DNA of 64,000 nucleotides from assembly GCA_049322915.1 (NCBI GenBank), contig JBMOPW010000035.1:1-64000 (forward strand), given 5' to 3'. The position numbers were made by a program, and so were the translations under genes. Shown piece after piece: positions 1 through 8,913 of the stretch; position 1 is the stretch's first letter; each line of letters begins with the position of its first letter. The stretch is from Candidatus Zhuqueibacterota bacterium. Lineage in GTDB: Bacteria; Zhuqueibacterota; Zhuqueibacteria; Thermofontimicrobiales; Thermofontimicrobiaceae. The notes beneath the pieces are model-generated. The model saw nothing but the letters and a program-made list of their open reading frames with translations, ran no database searches and was not told the DNA's origin.

Positions 1-2604
1 TCCCGCTTCCCGCAAGCCCGTCACCGCCTGGTTCAGGTAGTCGGCGGCCTGCTGCATTGCCCTGTCATTGCGAGGAGCGGAGCGACGAAGCAATCTCCCG
101 CTATGAAGGGGATTGCTTCGCTGCGCTCGCAATGGCGGGGTTGTTGGTAAGGCGGAAGATAGCGCTTCCAGCACATACGCCCGCCCCAAAGAAAGTTTAT
201 CCAGCGCAATATCCAAAAGCCAATTATTTCGTATTGCAATTTCAATCGTCTGCTTCGCCCGCCTCAGCACCTCCGGCACCTTGCCCTGGGCGAGCAGCAG
301 ATCGCAGAACCGAAAGCCCCGCAGGGAATAGAGGTAGCGATACTCTGGCTGGCGTTTTAGCTGCATGGCTTCGGCCTGGCGAAACCAGTCCTCTGCCGGC
401 GCCAGCTCGCCCGCCTGATGTTGGGCATCGGCCAAACCAGTCATATCCATCATTTTTTCCATAACATCCCCGCTGCGGTCGGCAAAGTCCACACTCTGGC
501 GGGCAGAAGACACGGCCGCTGCGACATCGCCCAGCGTCAGATAGAGCTCGCTGAGGTTGCCTGCATTTGATGCACATTCTTTCCAATTTTTTTGTTTAAT
601 ATGATTTTCCAACGCTGCCTTCATCGGTTGCGCCGCCTCCCGCAGCCGTCCTAACGCCCGCAGACCAAAGCCAGTCCAGCTTAATGTAACGGCTTTATCT
701 GCATCGGTTAAATTTGTTGCTATTTTGCTCCAGGGAATTTCAAAAAAATTTGACAGCGCAGACAATTCAGAACCGAATGCACCGAGTTTATGCCCAACAT
801 AATAGTCATCCTTTCTATAAATTCGTTCAAATAAAACTTTCTCCATAACTTCCTGATGCTTTCCCGCCTGACACCCATGCGCCACCGCCGCAAACAGCGG
901 CTCCATCTCTTCCAATGTATCGGGCAGTTCTTTCTCGGGCAGATTCTTGTAATATTCATACAGCCGTTCATGCGCCAGGCGCCAGGGCGTTTCGCCTTTG
1001 GCTTTTAACGTCTCGCTTCTCGCGTTTGGCTTCTGGCCTTTGGCAATTGGCTGTTGGCCTTTGGTTTTTCGCTTCTGGCTGCTGGCTTTTAGCTTGTCGG
1101 CAAAGTGTTCCCGGATCAGGGGGTGGCAGTCGATCACGTCGGGGCGGTGTTTGGATTCACGGGCGATCAGTTTGAAGTCCCGCAGTTTTTTCAACAGGCG
1201 CAGCCAGTCCCCCTCGGAGCAGCGGGTTATGGCGTTGGTCAGGCCGGGGATGGTCGGCTGTTTCATGATGGCAGCCAGCGCCTCTTTTGGTGCGGGACGA
1301 TTGAACAGTCCCAGCAGCAGCAGCAGTTCCAGTTCAACTCCGGCGCCGAAATATTTGACAAAGGCTTCCAGCACCCTCCGGGCATGTCTGCCTTTTTCTT
1401 CAGGGATGGCCAGGTCCGGAATGGCAAAACCCGGTTGCGCTGCATGGCCCGGGAAAATCCGCAGGTACTCGGCCAGCAGATTGATGGCCAGGGCATGATT
1501 GCCAAATTCACGGCTCAACCGCTGCAGCTCGGCCTCGCTGCCCTGCACCCGTCGGACTTTCAACAGGGCGCAGCCGGCTTCGTCAGAAATCTGTTCCAGA
1601 TTGATCTGCCGGCAGGAACCGGGACAGCGGTCGAGCTCGGGCACGTTTTCACGGGTGGTGATGACGCATAATCCGTTATTGTTGCGGCTAAGCTCCGCCA
1701 CCAGGGTGCCCAGCGCCGGGTCTTTGATCTTGCCCTGTTCAAAATCAAAACCGGATTGCAGCGGCTCCATGCCGTCGAGGATGAGCAGGGTTTTCTGGCG
1801 GCGTACCAGGTCCGCCAGCCGCTTGCCCTTATCCCAGGGCGAGCGAAAATGTTCGGGATTTTTCTCGCCAAACCAGCGCAGCGCGTCATTGATAAAGGCA
1901 TCTGCCGAGGTGACCTGCTCGTTGGTGCCCTGGCTGTAAAACGACCAGGCATAGACCCGCTCAGCGCCGCGAAAGTTGTCCCAGCGCAGTTTCTCGACCC
2001 ATTTGTTGACCAGCGTGCTTTTGCCAACCCCGCCATAGGCCACAAAGCACACCACATGGGCTGCTTCGGATTGCCAGGCGTCATCCAGCAAATTCAGTTC
2101 AGCGGACCGGCCGAATAGTTCGAATTCAGTTTTGGGCAGATGGTCGAGCTTGATAAATTTCTCGCTCAGTGCCGGGTAGGTGGGTTTTGGCGTGCGCTCG
2201 CCAAAGTCTTTCTTGATCTGGGTGATCAGGCGGTTCAGTTGAGAGTCCCAATCGGTCTGGTCTCTGAAATCGGCGTAGGTAAGAATGCTTAATCGTGGCG
2301 GCAGCTTACAGTCCGTGAGCATAATTGGCAGGATTCGTTTTTTCAGGCCAATGGGATCCTGAGCCTGTAACATAATCCCTTCAAATTGTGTCCAATCGCT
2401 GGCGAGCCAATGGGGAGTGAACACCAGCATTGTTTTGGCGCACTGTTCAATAGCGCGCTCCATGTTGATTTGAGCGGCAAGTCCGATCTCAAAATCCCGA
2501 TAGTCGATGTGAGCGGCGACGCCCTGTTCTTCCAGTTTTTTCAGGAGCCAATCCCTGACCCAATCTTTGTCTTTGTGGCTGTAGCTGATAAATACCTGGT
2601 TCAT
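1..2604 (-). CDS. TIR domain + STAND (NB-ARC/NACHT-like) NTPase + TPR protein, NLR-like; 3' end beyond window
   Basis: Manual translation from ATG at 2604 stays open to position 1 (868 codons). Starts MNQVFISYSHKDKDWV...SDWTQFE (TIR), then Walker A YGGVGKST, Walker B LLILDGME, ITTR sensor, GNHALAI, DCHPLIRE, then TPR-like helices. GGAG RBS upstream. Confidence 0.9.
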   Translation of the reverse strand, partial: MNQVFISYSHKDKDWVRDWLLKKLEEQGVAAHIDYRDFEIGLAAQINMERAIEQCAKTMLVFTPHWLASDWTQFEGIMLQAQDPIGLKKRILPIMLTDCKLPPRLSILTYADFRDQTDWDSQLNRLITQIKKDFGERTPKPTYPALSEKFIKLDHLPKTEFELFGRSAELNLLDDAWQSEAAHVVCFVAYGGVGKSTLVNKWVEKLRWDNFRGAERVYAWSFYSQGTNEQVTSADAFINDALRWFGEKNPEHFRSPWDKGKRLADLVRRQKTLLILDGMEPLQSGFDFEQGKIKDPALGTLVAELSRNNNGLCVITTRENVPELDRCPGSCRQINLEQISDEAGCALLKVRRVQGSEAELQRLSREFGNHALAINLLAEYLRIFPGHAAQPGFAIPDLAIPEEKGRHARRVLEAFVKYFGAGVELELLLLLGLFNRPAPKEALAAIMKQPTIPGLTNAITRCSEGDWLRLLKKLRDFKLIARESKHRPDVIDCHPLIREHFADKLKASSQKRKTKGQQPIAKGQKPNARSETLKAKGETPWRLAHERLYEYYKNLPEKELPDTLEEMEPLFAAVAHGCQAGKHQEVMEKVLFERIYRKDDYYVGHKLGAFGSELSALSNFFEIPWSKIATNLTDADKAVTLSWTGFGLRALGRLREAAQPMKAALENHIKQKNWKECASNAGNLSELYLTLGDVAAAVSSARQSVDFADRSGDVMEKMMDMTGLADAQHQAGELAPAEDWFRQAEAMQLKRQPEYRYLYSLRGFRFCDLLLAQGKVPEVLRRAKQTIEIAIRNNWLLDIALDKLSLGRAYVLEALSSALPTTPPLRAQRSNPLHSGRLLRRSAPRNDRAMQQAADYLNQAVTGLREAG
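63..137. repeat. Palindromic REP/RPE-like element (GTCATTGCGAG...GAAGCAATC...GATTGCTTCG...CTCGCAATG) lying inside the TIR-STAND-TPR ORF
   Basis: Nested inverted repeats CATTGCGAG/CTCGCAATG and CGAAGCAATC/GATTGCTTCG. Confidence 0.8.
992..1089 (-). repeat. Degenerate 7-bp tandem repeat (14 units, ~AARGCCA) inside the TIR-STAND-TPR ORF
   Basis: Minus-strand units: aaagcca gcagcca gaagcga aaaacca aaggcca acagcca attgcca aaggcca gaagcca aacgcga gaagcga gacgtta aaagcca aaggcga. Confidence 0.8.
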
Positions 2605-2630
2605 GATCCACTCCGATTATTTATTTCGGG

Positions 2631-2659
2631 AATATAACAACTTTTACGTTGAATGTCAA
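2631..2659 (-). promoter_or_regulatory. sigma70-type promoter of the TIR-STAND-TPR gene
   Basis: TTGACA-N17-TATATT on the minus strand, about 27 nt upstream of the ATG. Confidence 0.75.
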
Positions 2660-3071
2660 TATCATTTCCGGCGAGTGGAAAAATTCATTTTAGTTGAAAT
2701 TGTTATAATTTTGATTGCATCGACAGCAGAAACAATTACCAACCGGGCGTCGTGTACACTCCCCTTTATAATTCACACCATCATCACCAATTTTTCAAAT
2801 GAGATTTCGGCGCGCCGGGCAGTATGCTCATGGTTCAAAATTTTCTTTGCATTCGGGCAGCAATGTACAAAATTTTCATTAATTTTTTACGCAAATCAGA
2901 AAAACAGTCAGTATTAAAGGAGTGATTCATGAGGAATGTATACGCCTCATCTGAATTGATGCATTGAATGCATAAACCATTAAAAAATATTCTTATTTTC
3001 AAATTTACAAGTTCCTAACCATATTGAATTTTCTAACAACAAATAAAATATCAGTTAATGTAAAAAAGTGC

Positions 3072-3100
3072 TTGACATTTTATTATATTTTTTGTATTAT
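3072..3100 (+). promoter_or_regulatory. sigma70-type promoter about 700 nt upstream of the 1366-aa gene
   Basis: TTGACA-N17-TATTAT in an AT-rich context. Confidence 0.65.
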
Positions 3101-3805
3101 TTTCCTAAGAATACAATTTAAATTGTTAATATTTATATTTCAGGGGGAGTGTAGTTTTTTTAATAGCTATATATAGTATATTTATTAACACTTCTTCTTT
3201 TAGGGCGGATGTGAGCATACTTCAGTTTAATTAAAGTTCCCAGGTTTCAACGTTCCCAATTTTTAGAATACCCAAAATTTCCCAGCCCGAAACGACGCTC
3301 GTAGTTGTTTCGTGCGCATGTTGTAGGAGTCAGTTGTTTAATTTTTCCCCAATCCCTAAAAGCTGAAGAATTTTCTGCCCCATCCATATTTAATGAGATC
3401 TCAAACTTCCAGAGCACTCGCACGATCTATTTCAGTTTTGAAATTCACATTTTTCGCCCCTACAAGTAAACGGGAAATGTGGATAGCAATGCCGCTATGG
3501 GCGGCGTCAAATTAATATGTTGCAGGGGTGTGAAAAATTCTTTGTCGTGAAGAAGAATTTTCAACCCGCGTTTGTGGAGTGATATACCGTGCGGCTATGG
3601 AATTACTGTATAACCGGAAGGCATATCACCACAGTGAAAGAATTCAGCACATTGTTCATTCAGTCGGTAAAGAAAAGTAATCACTTATATATTATATCGC
3701 CTGCGGGAAGGAGGTGAAGATTTTTCAGCAAACAAAGCAGGGGGACAAAGTTATATTTAATTCACATCAGTTGGTTGGACAAGGTCAATTTAATTTGGAG
3801 GACCT

Positions 3806-6800
3806 ATGACGCGTAAATTTCTAGTGTTTGCCTTAATTTTAGTTTTCTCCTTCTCGGTGGGGTATGCAAAGCAGACCCTGTCGATAAAGGAGTTAACGGA
3901 TAAGGCAGAAAGTATTGTCATAGGAAAAGTAGTGAGTCAAAAATCAGAGTGGAATAGCAGCAAAACTCAGATTTTTACTACTGTTTCCTTTGACGTACAA
4001 GAATACCTGAAGGGAAGTTCAGACACGGGCACCAAGACGTTTCGGCTTCCTGGCGGTAAAGTTGGTGATATCGAGTTAAGAATTGCAGAAATGCCCGAGT
4101 TCAAAAGCGGCGAGCGAGCCTTGTTGTTCCTGAAAAATGGCAACACTCCCGATGATGCTCAGATCGTTGGAATGAAGCAGGGAAAATATTCCATCAATGG
4201 CGACAGAGTCGTTGAGAAGAATAAATCCCTTGTGGAATTGAAAAAAGAGATCGTGAACAATTTAGGCAATGATGCAATTTCAAGCAATAAGCTTGTAAAA
4301 CCGCAGCGAGTAAAATTCCCCAATCCTGAAATTCTGAAGGATCGCGCTTCGAAATTCTCCCCCACCACCAATAAACTGGGCGATGCCCAATTAGAAGGTG
4401 TCTGGGACAGCGGATACGAATGTATCTGGAAAGATGATTTTGAAGGTGAATTCCCCGGAACAGACTGGGTATTGGGACGCAATGCCAATCCTGGTGTCAA
4501 CAATGGTTATACCTGGGGCAAAACAGACGTGAATCCTTTCCAGGGCGACAATGCAGTATGGTGCGCCGAGACCAATTTGATTCCGGGAAATCCGGATTTA
4601 ACGGCTGGAACGGATGCATACCCCAACAATAGCCAGGCATGGATGATTGCCGGTCCGTTTGACCTGAGCACTGTTTACTCCGCGCGATTGACATTCAATA
4701 TCGATCAGACCGTGGAACCGTGGAGAATGGGCGGACCCAATGACTGGACAGGCGTTGGTTTTTCAATCGACGGTGTCTGGTTTGAATTGGGACCAGATTA
4801 TCAATTCTTCTATCATTCCACTGGTGGATATATTGATTATGCCATCAATGTGGAAGATGTGCTTGGCCCACTGTGGGATAAAACGCAGGTCTGGATTTGC
4901 TTCATTTTCTGGACAGACTACATGAATGCCGAAGGCGTTCCGGTAAATGGGACCTGGGTCGATAATGTGAAACTAAAGAAATACGATGCCCATAACAGTG
5001 ATCCAACGATTGCCAGCGTGACGCCAGCAGTGCGCTCCGCCGGAACAGGCCACAGCGTAACCATCAATGGTAACAATCTGGTGGATGAATATTCACCCGA
5101 GAGAACGACAGTTGAGTTCTTCTCAGGATTCTACTGGTGGGATGATTCTCTGTGGGTTGTTGCCACAGATTTTGATGAATTCACCAAAGATCGCATCATC
5201 GTCGATGTACCCAGCGGCGCCAGCAGCGGTAAGCTTCGCGTTTTGCGGGATAAAGAAGGCGAAGAATATGCTGATTTTGACGTTCCATTTGGTTACTTAG
5301 GCGCGCGGTGGCATGCTGGTGTTGGCAATGCTGGCGGAACTGAATATCCTATCGTCCCCTTCAAAGTCAACCCGTTCACATGCCCGCATTACAACACATC
5401 CGAGGTGTTATCCGATATCGTTGCGAGCGCTGAGACCTGGAATACCGATGGCAATGCCATGGTATACCTCAATTTCGATGGTATTTCAAGTGTCACCGAT
5501 CCGGCCTACGATGGCGAAAATAGCGTATTATTCGCTCCGATGAGCTGGTTCCCGTTTGGAGTACCCAGCCTGACCCTTATCTGGTCGAATGAAGGCAAGA
5601 TTCTGGAAGCCGATATCGTCCTGAACGTGGCGTATCCCTGGGCACATAGCCCGGCAACCGCTTCCGGCCCTGCCTTAATTACTGGCAACTTCGTCACAAA
5701 CGAATTTGGTAATTTCCTGGGCTTGACCGATCTGTACGGTTACAATGACCAGGCAAAAACCATGTTCGGTTTCCATGATTTGTGGGCAGAAGAGATGTTC
5801 CTTGATGTTCACGCCATGACATTGGATATTTCGGATGTCGAAGGTGTGCAGTGGATTTATGGCACTGGCCTGAATCCAGATTTTACTGCCAATAACAGAG
5901 TTGGACTCAGCCCGTTGACAGTTCAATTCATCGACAGAACCAAAGCGATCTATCCGATCACCGGATGGTTGTGGGAATTCGGCGATGGCGCGGTTAGCAC
6001 GCAACAGAATCCAGTTCATATGTATGATGGAGAAGGCGACTGCAGTTATAATGTGAAACTCACGGTCACTTCTCAAAATGGTGGAACCACTCTCAAAGAG
6101 AGCATCACCGAAAAAGACTTCGTTCAATTGAATCATCGCCTGGCAGCACGCGTTGATGCCGAACCCACCGTTGGGTACGGCCCATTGAGCGTAAAATTCT
6201 CCATGGTCACCGAAGGAACCGTGAATAGCTATCTGTGGAATTTCGGCGATGGCGAAACCAGTGATCAGCGGGATCCGGTTCATGTTTATCAAAATCCCGG
6301 CGTGTACACAGTATCCGTCACAGCAAGCGGTCCCCTTGGCTCAACCACCGAGACCGTTGCGGGTCTGGTTGAAGTGTACGATGACCTAGATGCACTCGGA
6401 CTGACCTATCTGACAGTGGCCGAACAAACAGGGACGACCTGGGCCAACGAAGGATGGGAAAATGCCGTAGACCATGACACGTATCACGGCACTGGCACGA
6501 CCAACGTTCGCAATGATGGGTATGGCGTATTCACATTCGATGATGGTTTCACCCGAACTATCAATAAAATCAGAATGATGACCGACACCGGCGTTCAGGG
6601 CAAATCACCTGACTGGACGACCAAATTCTCAGTCTCCGTTTCCACGGATGGCGTGAATTATACCGAAGTTGGCACATTCGAAAAAATATCGCCCAACTGG
6701 GAAAGCTTCACGTTTGCACCAGTCCAGGCGCTGTTCATTAAATTAAATGTTCTGAGCCCGTCTTCAGGATGGCGACAAATTGGCGAATTCGAAGTGTACG

Positions 6801-7906
6801 AACACATTGTGGTTCCGGATATTTCCGGTTCGGCTATCGTTGTTTCCACACCGCATGTTGCCAATGGCTATGATCATTGCAGTGTCACCATTTCCCTGGC
6901 CAACGCCAATGGCGAACCGGTCACAGGCCTTTCACCCAGTTATTTCCGAGTGACAGCCACGGGTATGGAAAACTACTACAATATCGTCACCGAAACTGAA
7001 ACACCGGGTATTTATTTAGGCTCATTCAAATCGTTGCAAGCCGAAGATAAAAACATCGTTGTTCGCGTTGGTGGCATCAAAATCGAGCCCACCACAGTCA
7101 ACGAAGTGATCCCGGCTATTACAACATTTACACCGGCCGAATTGACCAAAGATTCACTGGTCGTTCACAAAGGCTCGTCTACCTGGCACAATGAAGGCTG
7201 GGATAAAGCCGTCGACGGAATTTTGGATAACCAGACTGCTGCTGCGAAAAAAGCTTCCGGCTGCTATGGTATCTACAAATTCGCGGATGAAGGCGAACGT
7301 GCTATCGTGAAAACACGCCTCCTGAGAGGCACCGGCCATGATCATCCCGAACAGCTGGTGAAAGAATATCGCATTTCCACCTCGCTGGATGGCGTCAATT
7401 TCACCGAAATGCTGCATCGTACGGTTGACACCAATGAGTGGATTGAGAAAATGGTTCTGCCCGTAGTGGCAAAATACGTCAAATTGGAATTGCTAGATGC
7501 CGATAGCGATTGGCGTCAGGTTGCCGAATTCGAAGTGTACACCACTCCGTTGATCGGCGCTGGCCCTGTGGCAATGACCGGTGGCGCGTTCAATCGTTCC
7601 GCCAACGTCATTCCGACCAAATTTGAGTTGAACCAGAACTACCCGAATCCATTCAATCCGGAAACCATGATTTCTTTCGATCTACCAGAAGATGCCAAAG
7701 TGGTCATGCAGGTTTACAACATGCTGGGCCAGGTTGTTCAGACGTTAGTGAGCGACAAATTGGCGGCTGGTTCTCACAGAATCATGTGGAACGGTCAGGA
7801 TGAACACGGTGTGAACGTTGCCAGCGGTGTCTACTTCTATCAGATTAAAGCCACTGGTAAAGCAAAAGAATTCTCCAAGAAAATGAAGATGACGTTGATT
7901 CGATAG
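3806..7906 (+). CDS. Secreted modular protein: matrixin-like (degenerate) domain, IPT/TIG, 2x PKD, 2x discoidin/F5-8-like, invasin-type Ig, C-terminal FlgD-Ig/T9SS-type sorting domain
   Basis: Signal peptide; WEFGDG and WNFGDG PKD motifs; WRQIGEFEVY and WRQVAEFEVY discoidin ends; NEFGNFLGLTD...TMFG; QNYPNPFNPET tail; GGAGG RBS. Confidence 0.85.
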   Translation: MTRKFLVFALILVFSFSVGYAKQTLSIKELTDKAESIVIGKVVSQKSEWNSSKTQIFTTVSFDVQEYLKGSSDTGTKTFRLPGGKVGDIELRIAEMPEFKSGERALLFLKNGNTPDDAQIVGMKQGKYSINGDRVVEKNKSLVELKKEIVNNLGNDAISSNKLVKPQRVKFPNPEILKDRASKFSPTTNKLGDAQLEGVWDSGYECIWKDDFEGEFPGTDWVLGRNANPGVNNGYTWGKTDVNPFQGDNAVWCAETNLIPGNPDLTAGTDAYPNNSQAWMIAGPFDLSTVYSARLTFNIDQTVEPWRMGGPNDWTGVGFSIDGVWFELGPDYQFFYHSTGGYIDYAINVEDVLGPLWDKTQVWICFIFWTDYMNAEGVPVNGTWVDNVKLKKYDAHNSDPTIASVTPAVRSAGTGHSVTINGNNLVDEYSPERTTVEFFSGFYWWDDSLWVVATDFDEFTKDRIIVDVPSGASSGKLRVLRDKEGEEYADFDVPFGYLGARWHAGVGNAGGTEYPIVPFKVNPFTCPHYNTSEVLSDIVASAETWNTDGNAMVYLNFDGISSVTDPAYDGENSVLFAPMSWFPFGVPSLTLIWSNEGKILEADIVLNVAYPWAHSPATASGPALITGNFVTNEFGNFLGLTDLYGYNDQAKTMFGFHDLWAEEMFLDVHAMTLDISDVEGVQWIYGTGLNPDFTANNRVGLSPLTVQFIDRTKAIYPITGWLWEFGDGAVSTQQNPVHMYDGEGDCSYNVKLTVTSQNGGTTLKESITEKDFVQLNHRLAARVDAEPTVGYGPLSVKFSMVTEGTVNSYLWNFGDGETSDQRDPVHVYQNPGVYTVSVTASGPLGSTTETVAGLVEVYDDLDALGLTYLTVAEQTGTTWANEGWENAVDHDTYHGTGTTNVRNDGYGVFTFDDGFTRTINKIRMMTDTGVQGKSPDWTTKFSVSVSTDGVNYTEVGTFEKISPNWESFTFAPVQALFIKLNVLSPSSGWRQIGEFEVYEHIVVPDISGSAIVVSTPHVANGYDHCSVTISLANANGEPVTGLSPSYFRVTATGMENYYNIVTETETPGIYLGSFKSLQAEDKNIVVRVGGIKIEPTTVNEVIPAITTFTPAELTKDSLVVHKGSSTWHNEGWDKAVDGILDNQTAAAKKASGCYGIYKFADEGERAIVKTRLLRGTGHDHPEQLVKEYRISTSLDGVNFTEMLHRTVDTNEWIEKMVLPVVAKYVKLELLDADSDWRQVAEFEVYTTPLIGAGPVAMTGGAFNRSANVIPTKFELNQNYPNPFNPETMISFDLPEDAKVVMQVYNMLGQVVQTLVSDKLAAGSHRIMWNGQDEHGVNVASGVYFYQIKATGKAKEFSKKMKMTLIR

Positions 7907-7924
7907 TTTTCTTTCAGAATTTTG

Positions 7925-7972
7925 AATAAAAAAAACCGGGTAGAACTTCATGTTTTACCCGGTTTTTTTATT
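7925..7972. terminator. Bidirectional intrinsic terminator
   Basis: AATAAAAAAAACCGGGTAGAAC-loop-GTTTTACCCGGTTTTTTTATT between convergent genes. Confidence 0.85.
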
Positions 7973-8081
7973 GCCTCAGAATATTTCAACTATCGCAACC
8001 AGCCCGCTGCTCATCTCCAACGCATTCAGATTCAGGAATCCCTGGCGCTCGACCAAATTCATTCTTGCCTGATGATGACGG

Positions 8082-8618
8082 TCATTTTGATAAATGCGAA
8101 AATTTCTTGTTCAGAACCTGATTCCATTCATCAATTCTGTCCTGAGTGCGCTGGAAAAGCGACTCAGTATTCCCTTCCACGGTGACCGATTGAATCGCGT
8201 CGCCCTGGGCAATGCTGTTGACCACCACCTGATCTTCTGCATCAACGACCTCACCGAAAATCGCGTGCTTTCTATCCAGCCAGGGCGTTGGGACGTGAGT
8301 GATAAAAAATTGACTGCCGTTCGTCTTTGGCCCGGCATTGGCCATGGACAATTTGCCTGGCGCGTCATGCTTCAGTTCCGGCGCGAATTCGTCTTCGAAT
8401 CGATACCCGGGATCGCCCCGACCATCGCCGCGGGGGCAGCCGCCCTGAATCATGAAATCCGCTATCACCCGATGAAACGTGAGTCCGTCATAAAAACCGC
8501 GCTGCGCCAGGTTGATAAAATTGGATACGGTCACAGGCGTTTTATCCGCGAACAGCTTCAGGTGAATATCCCCTTTGTTCGTATGTATCACCGCCATCAA
8601 ATCCGTTTTCGATTCCAT
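8082..8618 (-). CDS. Cyclophilin-type peptidyl-prolyl cis-trans isomerase
   Basis: FYDGLTFHRVIADFMIQGG, LSMANAGPKTNGSQFFIT, WLDRKHAIFG. Confidence 0.95.
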   Translation of the reverse strand: MESKTDLMAVIHTNKGDIHLKLFADKTPVTVSNFINLAQRGFYDGLTFHRVIADFMIQGGCPRGDGRGDPGYRFEDEFAPELKHDAPGKLSMANAGPKTNGSQFFITHVPTPWLDRKHAIFGEVVDAEDQVVVNSIAQGDAIQSVTVEGNTESLFQRTQDRIDEWNQVLNKKFSHLSK

Positions 8619-8736
8619 GCGTTCTCCTCAATTGTTATACATTGCGTTATCCGGAGCAGGCTGAGGTGTTGCGATGCTCGTGAGTCAGCACTTCAGAGCC
8701 GCCTTGAGCCCCTCTCGGTAAAATGATGAGTTAATT

Positions 8737-8848
8737 AATGTCTGTCCCAAAACTGCAAATATTGACCTCACCCCAACCCTCTCCTAAAAGGAGAGGGGTT
8801 TGAAAATATCACACCCATAGCGAATTTAGGTGTTTTCGGACAGACTCT
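8737..8848. mobile_element. MITE-like relic with GTCTGTC terminal inverted repeats and an internal hairpin
   Basis: GTCTGTCCCAAAAC (8740-8753) / GTTTTCGGACAGAC (8832-8845); flanks AATT and ATTT; internal CCCTCTCC-TAAAA-GGAGAGGG hairpin. Confidence 0.6.
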
Positions 8849-8913
8849 ATTTATTTCAATAAGATCAGTCGTTGTTTTCAATTCCACCCATTCGGTTAAT
8901 CCGCATGACGCGA

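Noticed and set aside
186..850. Diversity-generating retroelement as the explanation of the TPR mosaic
   Set aside because: No reverse transcriptase or template repeat in the window, so it cannot be supported here.
33..2637. Many short ORFs listed in the track over the first 2.6 kb
   Set aside because: All are alternative-frame or antisense fragments of the single TIR-STAND-TPR frame.
2603..2917. 104-aa plus-strand ORF in the AT-rich intergenic region
   Set aside because: No RBS or motif, and it overlaps the TIR gene start and promoter; probably spurious.
2755..3152. TACACTCCCC / GGGGAGTGTA inverted pair about 390 bp apart (possible invertible promoter)
   Set aside because: Only about 10 bp long and no recombinase nearby; could be chance.
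3466..3510. AAACGGGAA resembling the start of a cobalamin riboswitch
   Set aside because: The downstream GCCCCCGCAACTGT/GCCACTG and B12-box elements were not found.
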